The notes below the pieces were generated by a model, which saw only the letters and a list, made by a program, of their open reading frames with translations, had not been told where the DNA came from and did no database searches. A DNA stretch of 63,172 bases, filler included, from Welwitschia mirabilis (taxonomy: Eukaryota), in assembly GCA_051453625.1 (NCBI GenBank). It is 4 parts of one record of this genome, joined end to end, with 100 filler letters (N's around TTAATTAATTAA, not from the genome) between each part and the next. Parts side by side here need not be neighbours in the genome. Positions count along the whole stretch, not along the records: positions 1 to 23,810 come from JBOZIK010000001.1; positions 23,911 to 50,825 come from JBOZIK010000001.1; 2 more parts are not named here. One strand, 5' to 3'. Positions 14,601-25,406 of the stretch are shown here, piece by piece (within the stretch, counting starts at the first letter, position 1; every line of letters starts with the position of its first letter). The position numbers and the translations under genes are program-made.

Positions 14601-16425
14601 AATTTCATAGCATAACCTAGTTAATTTTATTTGGTAGATAAAACTTTACTTCCTATAGAAGATTATGGTTTAGTTACCTTTTAATTGCCTTCTCTTTTAT
14701 AATTAATTCTATCTCATGTCTTGTATATTTATAAAGGTCATCATATATAGGTGGCACATATGTGGGCCTTTTTGGTTCTGTGGGCCTCTTTGGTCTCATT
14801 ATATGATCCTTTAGAATGTGCATTTGTCCATCTTAGTCAATACTATGTTTACTAGCACAATAGAAGAAGCACTATCATTCTTTGAGGTTATATTTTTCCT
14901 TACTTTTCACATTAGCTATAGAAGATAATTTAATCTTTGCAATGAAGGTTTTCATTGACATATTTTATGCTTCTTAGAGTCTTGTCATGAAAGGATACAT
15001 AGATGGATAATTAATGCATCATTAAGGATATTTTGATATGTGTGAAATTGCATTCCATATCTCATAAGAAGAAATTTTTCCATTTCTTTTATGGCATTCT
15101 CAGTTGGATAATCATAGTCCTCCTTCTTTAACTGTAATACATGAGAATGGACATTATCTTCTACCCTTTATTCCACACTAATTATTGTAATGTAAAGCAT
15201 CTATAATGATAAAGCAAAAATATAAATCTTTTCTCTTAGCAAATGGCACATTGATCATACTCATTTACAATAATCTATATAGGCCTATATTAGTCCCTAT
15301 ACTCTAAGGATATTACTACTTTATATCATTCAAAAATGATTTTTCACATATGTCATTAGTGTATTTTATGGGATCCAAATCTCTTTCTTTGAATATTTTC
15401 AATGTTTTCAAAGAAAATTGGAAAAGAAAGCACTAACAAGATTAAGGATTTCCACTTTGACAATGGTGGTGATTATGCATCAATTAAATTCAAGAATTTT
15501 CTTACTTTAGAAGGCATTATTCATTTGAAAACATGCCCAAGAATGCCTTAATAGAATGGCATTACTAATGGTTCAATTGAACCATCATGGATATGGCATG
15601 TTTAATGATTTACTTTAATGGTTTTAAAATCTATTTTTGGGATGAAATTATTAATATTATAGCCTACTTTAATAATTGTATTAATTGTGCTTTTGAAAAG
15701 ATTATATCTCCTTTTGAAAAATAGAATGGGTATAATCCTATTTAACTCATTTTTATATTTTTAGATGTAAGTGCTATGTCCGTATTCCAAGTTAAAAATG
15801 TAATAAGCTTCATGTACATGCTCACATCAGCATACTTATAAGATATCCAACTAGTCATAAAGAATATCGTGTATATGTTCTTAAGTATTATAAGATCATC
15901 ATCTCTCATGATATCATCTTCTCTAAAACTTCATAAAGTGATTCTTAGCTTAATATTTCTAAGATACATCCTTTCTCTCATCTTGTGCAAATCTTGGATG
16001 CTCAATGTCTTATGGTTAAGAGGGAAGGCATGTCCACAAGTTTTATTTTATTAATTCTTTCCATAAAAATGGTTTGTTCACTACACAACCTAGAGGAATT
16101 GAGAATTTTTGTGTTCCTAGCACATATGAGTATGGTTCTAGTATCAACTTATTATATTGTTCTAGTGATAATGTTAATCACTTCAAAAGACAAAAATAAA
16201 GTACTTGGTTAGAGTCTACTTTATAAGATGTTCATGAAAATGAAAAGCGAAAAACTAAAAGCAGATAAATCTCTCATGTATCTCTTGAAGATGATGAGCT
16301 TCATATAACCTTTGATGATGAACTAATGACTCTGAAAGATGTTATTCTATGTAATTAGTAGGTCTAATTCATGAAATAGGAATACTATGCACTTGTAGAA
16401 AATAGTTCATGAGAGTTGGTTCATA
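11628..16425 (+). mobile_element. Ty1/copia relic (LTR end/PBS, gag, protease, integrase, start of RT) with a nested solo LTR
   Basis: PBS-like TGGTATATAGATC at ~11799; CSQC knuckle remnant ~13245; protease motif split by the insertion at 13461-14557. Integrase remnants LWHSQLD, YYFISFKNDFSH, KIKDFHFDNGGDY, TCPRMP**NG, FWDEIIN, FRCKCYV, YPTSHKEYRVY; RT start MK*EYYALVENSS*ELV at ~16371. Confidence 0.85.
13461..14557 (+). mobile_element. Athila-like solo LTR nested in the copia protease
   Basis: TG...CA termini (TGTTAC/GCAACA); 5-bp TSD TATTT (13456-13460)/CATTT (14558-14562); 3' end TTGCACAAATACAC..GCAACA shared with the LTR ending at 62557. Confidence 0.85.
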
Positions 16426-17763
16426 AAATTAAGGAACTTATATAACATGAAGTTGTTGTACTAGTACATCATCCGACCATAGAGCCAACAACTAATACTT
16501 AAATAAACCCACTTAGTTAAGAAAAATTTTAAACTTTTTAATCCAAGATATGATTGATTATGAGTTAATGAAAATCATCTTTCTATAAATACTGAGCTTT
16601 ATTTAACTTTTAAAGTCATTGAGAAAATCCATTTGTAATCTTAGTACTAGTAGCTGTGTATTATAACATTTTCTACTATTATAAGGTATACTAAAAATTC
16701 TTGCCTAATATTACAAGATGTGTAATGCATGAATCCTATTGCTATGGGATGTGTAGTAAAATCTAAATATTTCTCTGTGAGGTAGTTTCCCCGTATTGCA
16801 ATTCCTTTTTAGGAGGTTTTATTGTAGGTCACATGGGCTTTCTCTAGGCACTTAGGTTTTCTTAGGAAAGAGTGTATTCTCATATTGAGAGGAAAATTAC
16901 TAAGGTGCTAATAACCTACACTATGGTACTACACTTTAGAAAAATGAAAATCCTAGTGGAAACCTAGCTAGGTATGCTTTCCTGTGAAAGCAAGCTCTAT
17001 TATTTGAAATTAATAAATAAAAATAAAATATTAGTTTTTGAAAATCTTGTTTTAGGATTTCTTACTTATACTTATTCAATGTAGTTTTTTACATATAAAA
17101 GATCTGATTTGATGGTTATTAATGCATATACATATTCCATAAGAAGAGATATGTTTGTATTTATGCTTGTAAATATAAGGAAAATTATCCAATTAAATCA
17201 ACTTAATGATGAACCATTCATATTAAGGCACACATATTTACATGTATTTTTAACAAAATCTAGAAACTTATTTGAATAGGATGTAATAATTAAAAAGTAC
17301 ACAAATATATAATGACATCAGTGCAATCAAAGTTCATATTAATTTTTTGTCATGTTTATTTTAGAAATGCAACTAAAATGCCATGTAACCTTTAATCACA
17401 AGAATGAGTAAAAGTCATTTAACCTTTGAGTATGCTCATTTAGTAAATATCATCAAGAATTTTCCATCATATCTATCTTAAAAAAAAAAATGTAATGAAA
17501 CGGCTAATGTACCATAAAATTTCATTTCATTTACAAAAACATGATCAGATATCTTTTATTACATATTCCCACCTTGTAATAGTGTTTTACAAACATAAGA
17601 AAATTATAGTTTATTTATAATGATCAATTTAGCATAGGAAGATATAAATGTTGGGTGAAGATGTCAAATTCAAAAATTGTAGTGACTATATCTCTCCTAA
17701 GTGTATAGCCACAATAATCATCAAAGTAAATAATTTAATTATGCTGTAACCTCATAGTATGCT

Positions 17764-17835
17764 AGGGCATTTAAAGATTTGAATCCATAACCTTCTATTG
17801 AAAAATAAATGTTCCATCGGTTGAACTACCACTCT
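17764..17835 (-). other. Decayed tRNA-like sequence (tRNA pseudogene or tRNA-derived SINE head)
   Basis: 72-nt minus-strand sequence with perfect D-stem GTTC/GAAC, A-box-like TAGTTCAACCGATGG, T-loop GATTCAAATC and a partly pairing acceptor stem AGAGTGG/ATGCCCT. Anticodon and T stems are disrupted, so it is not a functional tRNA. Confidence 0.45.
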
Positions 17836-18399
17836 AGTAGGAGGTAGATATACCTTTGATAAAATAAAGTATTATAATATAATTAATCATAAGCCATAAC
17901 ATACATAAGAATTATTAAGAAAAAAATCTAATTTAATGTAATTACTACAACTAATAATACCCATAAAATATTTAAATGTTCATAAATCATGTTGTATTTT
18001 ATTATTTAGTAAGTATTAAAATATAAACTAATTCTTACTTGACCTACTTATTTAATAATCTTATCTTCATTATAAGATGTATTAGACCTTAAATTAAAAG
18101 ATTTGTATTAAGATTAATAACATCTATAGCTTAAAAAAAAGAAGTATTTGGGATAAAAGCCTAAAATGGCTCACAAATTAAACATGGAAATAACCAATAT
18201 TAAAAATAAAGAGGACTAATTCATGATGGCTACATGTACTAAAGTGTGGATGGAGAGGTATCGACTAGAATGTGGATGGAGGGGTATATACCTAAAGAAA
18301 ACCAAAGAGTCAATAAAGAAATCTAAATAAATATGTTTTTTAATGGAAAAATGTCAAAATAATTCTTTCACTTGTAATATAGATACTGTGAAAAGAACA

Positions 18400-19800
18400 A
18401 TTCCATTAAAAATGCTAAGCAGGATCTAGATGAAGCACATTACTAAAGAAAATATATTTTCAACATTGATCATAGTCTCGCNNNNNNNNNNACCAAATAG
18501 AATCTACATATCTGCATTCCTAAAAGTATAAAGGGAAAAAATTTTACCTAAGTAACAAGAGGGGTAAAATGCTAAAGAATATCCTAGATAAAGAATATCA
18601 AGTCCTCAAGGAAGCCCTTGATGCATGAGGATACCAAAGAAAATTCTTCACTTTAGGAAGATTTGGAAATTTTCACATTAACTACAAGCAAGATTTCTAA
18701 ATATGTTTAGAATATCCATATTCCATCAACAATTATACTGAGGAGAAANNNNNNNNNNNNNNNNNNNNNNNNNNNNNNNNNNNNNNNNNNNNNNNNNNNN
18801 NNNNNNNNNNNNNNNNNNNNNNNNNNNNNNNNNNNNNNNNNNNNNNNNTTCACATTAACTACAATCAAGATTTCTAAATAGGTTTAGAATATCCATATTC
18901 CATCAACAATTTTTCTGAGGAGAAAGAATATGGAAAAATAAAAGAATGTTGTAACCATTTTTAATTTTAAAAGGTAATAAATTTGATTCATTAATTTACT
19001 TAAGAGAAATCAACATGGGTTTACTTTTATCATTAGTTGAAGATTATGTTTAAGAAAATAATTCAGCTTGAAATAATTAAGGTGCATTATTATGGATGTA
19101 GTATATAATGCTTAACAGTCTATTCATTGTATCCACTACCTTGGATAATGACTACATCTTAAGAAATAATATCTTTCTAAAACCACATGAGACTAGGAGA
19201 ATGACGTGTCAATAGACCACCAAGTAAGGAAAGCCACCATGGATTTAATTCTTAATGCATTGATGCAGAAATTATAATATCTTGTTGATTTGTAAGATGA
19301 TGAATGGATTTTTATACCTTTTAAATGATTTTAAACACATGAGTACCTTCTATTCTAATTCTATGCAAGAATACTCTCTAATTCATAAGATTAGTACCTT
19401 TCTATATATATTGATGTTTAGGAAAGACATTAGCTAATCTTTTTAAAAATAAAAAATTAATAGGAATATTTTTATTAATTTATTACAAAATCAATTTACT
19501 ACATAAAGATTGTTCCTAATTAAAATAATTTATAAATCCTATTTGATTATCATTTTTGAAAGACAATAGATATTGTAGGCTAGTCTGGGAAAACCTTGTC
19601 TATTGTTAGATGAAAACCTCACATAACTTCTTAAAATAACCTCCATCTTTTATAAGATTATTGAGAGAAAGTTCAATTAGAAAAGTAGTAATGATGAATA
19701 GAAGCTAGAGCAGATTTAGATACTATAATTTTGCCCACAACAAAAGGCTTTCTATATTTCCATTGATCTACCTTCTTTGGAATTTTATCTAAAATAGGTT
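18400..19800 (+). mobile_element. Possible highly decayed hAT (DUF659-type) transposase relic
   Basis: Scattered short motifs in plausible order: ISKYV*NIHIP (cf. IAKFFY..GIPF), YYGCSI (cf. YGCSIMSDGW) at ~19088 and *STF (cf. ERNWSTF) at ~19764. Weak evidence. Confidence 0.3.
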
Positions 19801-20899
19801 TTTAAATATTACTAAGAGATCTAGAAAAGGAAAAAAAGATTCATAAACTTTAAAAAATCTCATCGGTTGACTAACTAACAAAGGTCAAATAAAAACCCAC
19901 TAGTAGTTGTGAGATAAAGAAAATAGAAAATATGTGAGATTGTTGCTCTATAAGTCTAATAATAAACAAAAAAAATTACATATTAATAAGCTATGTGGGA
20001 TAATCATGAACTTGAGCATACTAAATTAAAGCTAATTATTCATCTACGTGAATTGCATAATATTAAAAAATTAGTTATTAAAATAAATAGTAAAGTATCT
20101 AATGGACATCTCTATCAAACTAATTTCTGAATATTAAAAAATAGTTACAAAAGACATATATAGCTTTTAAGTTTTACCTTTTAATGTGGAAGCATACAAG
20201 TTCTATAGTAAGAATAAAAATAATAAATGCTTTATAAAATAATAATTTAAAGAATAAGTGATATTTTGTAAAAAACATGGACCTTATAAATCCTATATTT
20301 GTTTGTCAGTTTTTTTTGTTTAGAAAGTGTAAAAAAGTACAGTTTATCTTTAAGATAATATACTACATAGAAAAAGTAAACTTCTTTAATAATACTTTTT
20401 AATATTTACTTTAGAATAACATCTTAAAATAACCTCAGGTTTCTATGAAAAACTTGTTCACCTAAAAGGTTTAAATTTAAGACTCAACTAACTTTTTTCT
20501 TTCTTTTATTAATCATATTGTTAATTATTTCAATTTTTACTAGAACATTGGAAACAAGACAAATTGAGAAAGTCACCAAATTTATATATATTTTAAGAAT
20601 TCAATCTCAAGAAAGGTAAGGAAAAAAAATACAAAGCTTCATTTATAAGCAAACACATAGTAAAAAGTGCATCAAATGCTAGAATCATGGACCACTCTTC
20701 CATACTTTACCCAAGCAACTATAGTTTGTTGATCTTTTCAACTGGACATTGTACATCATGAGAGAATTTTTTGTGCTCTTTTTAAGGGGTTATTATTTTG
20801 AAATAACAATAATAAAATATTTCAAACACCTTCTTGAAGGAATTCCACTAAGAAGAGTGCAACTGATAAAGGCTATAAGATTTATATTTATAAACATAA

Positions 20900-21270
20900 G
20901 ATTACCAAGGGAGCCGGCGGGTGGGGGGAATGAATAATGGTCTCCGTTAGAAAACAAGTATACCCACGTTTTCACAATCTAATGAATGGGCAGAATCCAT
21001 AGAGAAAGACAATAAATATTTTGAAAATATATAAGAAAAAACAAAAGTGTTTGACGTGATAAGATACCGTATCTCTTCTCGACATATAAAATTATAAATA
21101 AAGAAAAAGATAGATAGGGGCAATGTCACCTCAACTCACAAATGAAATTCAGGCCAATCACAGCCGTACAAGTTCAAATTCTAACATTAAATAAATAATT
21201 TTTAGATACCAATGATCAAAGATCTAATGAAAATGACGAAAGCAACCCCATCTAACTAAAACGTCTTAAG
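20900..21270. promoter_or_regulatory. Small CpG-retaining non-coding island, candidate cis-regulatory element
   Basis: Local CpG retention amid CpG-poor DNA; contains GCCGGCGGGTGGGGGG, CCCACGT, TGACGTG (~21053) and CCAATCACAGCCGT (~21154). Confidence 0.35.
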
Positions 21271-21344
21271 GAAAGAAGATAGATAGAATTAACACATTTG
21301 AAGGCCTACTAACAAGCAATGGATGAACAATACAATAAAAAGTA

Positions 21345-21452
21345 AGAACCAAACAATTCCAAGTCAGTGTTCTAGTGCTTAAAGAAAGTATGAACTCTAG
21401 AACCAAAGAATTCCAAGTTGGCATTCTAGTGCTTACAGAAAGTACTAACTTT
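21345..21452. repeat. 54-bp tandem duplication
   Basis: AGAACCAAA(C/G)AATTCCAAGT...TTCTAGTGCTTA(A/C)AGAAAGTA..AACT occurs twice in tandem. Confidence 0.85.
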
Positions 21453-21729
21453 GCTTAAGATACTAAGTCTATGCAAAGTCGAGTACCTTTGTATATTATC
21501 ACATACATATTCAGTCATTGGATTATAAATTAGTGGTTTGTGAAGGATTAGGTCTTAAAAAAACTAATAAATTATTTAACTATAAGGAGGTTTTATTCAG
21601 AGGATTAACATTACTATCAATAATGAAATGCAAAAATAAATGCTATCTTTCAAAAGCATGATATTGTCTTTTCAAGATTGAGAATTATTCATAGACATAT
21701 ATAAAATAAATAAATAAATCAAGAAGTTG

Positions 21730-22255
21730 TATACAAAATCATTTGGTTGCCCTTTTAAACTTTGTATAACATCTACTACAAATTTCTAAGAAATTTTTGT
21801 TACCTTTCTCATAATGGTATGATAAACTTAGGATTCATAACTATATTTTAATAATTTATGTCTTATTTGTGTATGTAAATTAGATTATAGATGTAGACAT
21901 CTTGATTTCAAATTTTCATGACTATCTTGTATAGTCTTATGTTTCGTATATAGGTCTAAATCTCATAATGACATATGATCATATTTCTTACTTATGCAAT
22001 TATAAAACAATTCATATTTAGAAACTCATGTATATAATGATCTTCAAACCAAAGAAAGATTTTTTCCTAATAAATACAAATTTAACCTTTGTATTATAAG
22101 GTAAAGAAAAAGGGAAGCTTCAAATGCATTGAATATTAAAAGATAAGATATAAAAACATGGTTAGAAAAAGAGGTTATCTAAGTGAATGTATTCTCAACT
22201 CAAAGAAATAAAATAGCTAACACTTTCTAAATGTAGATGATTCATGTGAGGGTAT
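21730..22255 (+). mobile_element. Possible copia RT/RNase H C-terminal relic
   Basis: KCIEY...WLEKEVI (cf. KHIEI.YHFIR) and NKIANTF (cf. DQIADIFTK) followed by a PPT-like GTGAGGG. Very decayed. Confidence 0.35.
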
Positions 22256-23810
22256 TTATAAAAAGAACCATATGGAAAAGAAGCACTTGCAAAAGCGATA
22301 AATCATAAGAGGTTAATAAGGCTTCATCTAAATGTGTACGAGAAGAGATAAGTTCAAACATGAACCTTCCTACGTCTTGTGTGCACTTGTGAATAAATAA
22401 TAAGGATTAAGTCCTCCTCAATCATTCTTAAAAAGGGGATGACACACCCTAAAACAAAGCAATAGTTTTTAATATTAAATGACATAAAACACATCAAATA
22501 GAGTTCATCATGTTTTCATAGGAGGTACTTGGAATAGGAATCTACTAGATAAAGTCATATAAATTAAGCTTAAAAGCATTTATAAGGCTCATTAGGTTAA
22601 TGCTTTATGAGTTTGTTTAAGTAATGAGTATTAAGGTTTTACATTGTAACTTGAGTTCTATAACCTTTGAGGGGTAAAATCAAATGAAAGCAGGTCTACT
22701 AACTATGCATAATATTAACAACATTTCTGCACTAGATGTAACCCAAAAATCCCAAATCTTTATAGAAGTAATGCTCATTTTGAAGAGAGAAAAAATACTC
22801 CTACACATGTATTTTCCTCATTACCAATATTAATAATAACCTATTTACTACTTAAGATTCCTAGGCTTTTTCTACCCGAGAAAAATTCAAAATAGCAATA
22901 GGAATGTTTGAATTTGTCACTTGGGATCTTTTTAGATTAAAGCTTCACACTAAAATAAATCTCATTGTTTTTTCACTTCTAACCATTAGCTAAAGTCGTC
23001 TTCATCTATGGATTGAAGTTGTTTTGCTTCATTAACAGTATTTGTGAAAACTTTATGCATAACATTATTGAAGTTATCAACTTGTTTATTCTTAGAAGAT
23101 GATTTAAATACTTTGTTATTATAGTATTCTTTTTTAAGAGCATTACTTTATTTTATAGAAAACTTTAACAAATCATTAGAAGATTTTGATCCTTCATAAA
23201 TCTTTATCTTGTCCTAAACTTATTGGCGACATAGTGACATGAATTTGACAAATTCAAGTACATGATTTTTTTTTGGTGAAAATCTTTACCTCTTGCTCAT
23301 AATATAAGTTTAGTCTTTTTTTGCCTCCTTTTTTAGCCGAGAGGCCATCCCCAGCCATTGAATTGTCCGGGATGGTGTTACTCTCTCTATTTTTTTAACT
23401 GCGTTTCTCAAAACGATTAAATTTCCAAATGCTTCCGCGAGTCCCTCCTTCTGCGTAACGCGATTCCATTCCCAGTGCGCCTCTCTCTCTCCTACTGCAT
23501 CTTCCCCTCTCTAGTGCGTCTCTCTCACCTATGGCGCGTTTCTCTTCTGCTACACGTGTCTCTCTTTTCTTCCGTGTGTCTCTCCTTCTTTAAATGCTGA
23601 CAGTATTCAGATTGCGCAAAGTAGAAGTGACGAGCAACGCATTCGATGGAAGAAGATATTATCGGAGCTGAGAAACAACACATTTCTGCAGCAACATTTT
23701 CAGAATCAGAGCAAACAAACCACTGATATCTTCATTCATTCTCTCTCCCACTTGTGCAAATGGGAAAGAAGTGCACTTGTGTCTCATGCTTCGGACATCG
23801 TCCTCCTCCT

Positions 23811-23910
23811 NNNNNNNNNNNNNNNNNNNNNNNNNNNNNNNNNNNNNNNNNNNNTTAATTAATTAANNNNNNNNNNNNNNNNNNNNNNNNNNNNNNNNNN
23901 NNNNNNNNNN
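23811..23910. other. Artificial scaffold linker (N44-TTAATTAATTAA-N44); also at 50826-50925 and 61565-61664
   Basis: Identical 100-base construct with a six-frame stop 12-mer at 23855-23866, 50870-50881 and 61609-61620. Confidence 0.95.
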
Positions 23911-25406
23911 ACCCCTGCGCGCACCCCGGCCGCGACGAAATTCTTGTCCTCGGTATGATCCCACGAATCTCTTGCCAACGATTTTCAGTGAAATTGTAGT
24001 GACAAACTTGTTTTTCTACTTCAATCAGGCGAGTGGTGGGACGCCGACCCCGTGAAAATAGAGGAAGCATTCATTTTCGACGGAGGCAAACCGAAACTCT
24101 CCGACTCGCTTACAATCAACGGCAATCCCGGACACCTCGCTTCCTGCCCAGGTAACTTCCGTTCTAATACTGCTGTTGAATGTTGCCTGAACCGTACTGG
24201 TCTGCGAATTCTTTCTTTCTTTCTGATCTTCTGCACTTTGCAGAGATGAGTCGCATAAAGGTGACTAAAGGAGAAACCATCCTTTTCCGCATAATAAACG
24301 CCGCCATGGCCTACACGATGTTTCTTCGTTTCAACAACCACACAGCGACGTTGGTCGCGGTGGATGCGCAGTACATAAAACCATTTCAAACCGACTTAAT
24401 CATCGTCGGTCCCGGCGAAACCGCCGACGCGCTGATTACATTCGACAAGGGCCCTTGCGGAAACTCATTTTTCCTTGCGGCGCGAGCATACTGGGCATCC
24501 GAGATGGTTCCCTTCGACGACACAACAACTACGGCCACCATCGACTACATCTGCAACTCTTTCCCGTCTGTGGATGGCGTTCCTGACGATCTCCCAGACC
24601 TTCCAGCAGTGTCAGACACGGACACCGTGGAGCGCTTTTACCGCGCACTGCGAAGCCTGCGCTTAGCGCCGTACGTCTCTAGCGTGCCCGACGGAGCGCC
24701 CAACGAAAATCTCTTCTTCATTGAGAATCCGGGCATGATTCCTTGCAATGATCCCAACATAACCTGCATGGGCCCCAACGACGAGCGAATAGTCGCCGGC
24801 ATGAACAACGTTTCGTTCCTTGAACCCACATCTTTGTCGATTCTGGAGGCGTACTTTTTCAACGTTTCCGGCGTCTATTCGCCGGATTTTCCTGACAGAC
24901 CGCAGGAGGTTTTCGATTTCACTAACACGACATTGGCAGTGACTTACAGTGTCAAGGCCACCAAGGTGAAGGTTCTGCGGTTCAATTCGACAGTTCAGTT
25001 GGTTATCCAGTCCGTCGGCATCTTGGGCGGGGAGAACCATAATTTCCATCTGCACGGCCACGACTTCTTTATCGTCGGCAGGGGCTTCGGCAACTACGAT
25101 CCTGTGAATGATCCGAAAACCTTCAATTTGGCGGACCCGCCGAGACGGAATACGTTGAATCTGCCGTTCAACGGATGGGCTGCCATCCGGTTCCTAGCGG
25201 ACAATCCGGGGTTGTGGTTTTTCCATTGTCATGTCGATTATCATATGTCCATTGGCATGTCGATGGTTTTCTTGACTCTCGACGGTGTTCGCCCGCAGGA
25301 TAAAATGCTTCCGCCTCCGCCGGATTTTCGAAGATGTGCGCTTTCAGACAGTACTGTGATTCAACGGCAACCGACAGGCGATCACGGTGACAGTTCTGTT
25401 TGGTAA
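23911..25406 (+). CDS. LAC: Plant laccase (multicopper oxidase), 5'-incomplete. Visible exons 23911-23952 (partial), 24029-24151, 24244-25406; N-terminal exons with Cu motifs L1/L2 are lost in the gap 23811-23910
   Basis: GT-AG introns 23953-24028 and 24152-24243 join (Y)PCAHPGRDEILVL|GEWWDADP...SDSLTINGNPGHLASCP|EMSRIKV... in frame. Cu motifs L3 HNFHLHGH (25038-25061) and L4 HCHVDYHMSIGM (25224-25259) are present, plus the plant-laccase signatures LFRIINAA, MNNVSF, GFGNYDP, GWAAIRFLADNPG and PPPPDFRRC. No stops in the visible exons. Confidence 0.95.

Noticed and set aside
23531..23593. 20-codon hydrophobic ORF (MARFSSATRVSLFFRVSLLL*) as laccase signal peptide
   Set aside because: Ends in a stop without a splice donor or laccase exon-1 motif; hydrophobicity is explained by the CT-rich tract.
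23855..23866. Perfect palindrome TTAATTAATTAA (also 50870-50881 and 61609-61620)
   Set aside because: Always centred in N44/N44 padding; an artificial six-frame-stop scaffold linker, not biology.
24180..24243. N-terminus MLPEPYWSANSFF... of the 408-aa ORF
   Set aside because: Lies inside intron 24152-24243; true coding sequence resumes at 24244.
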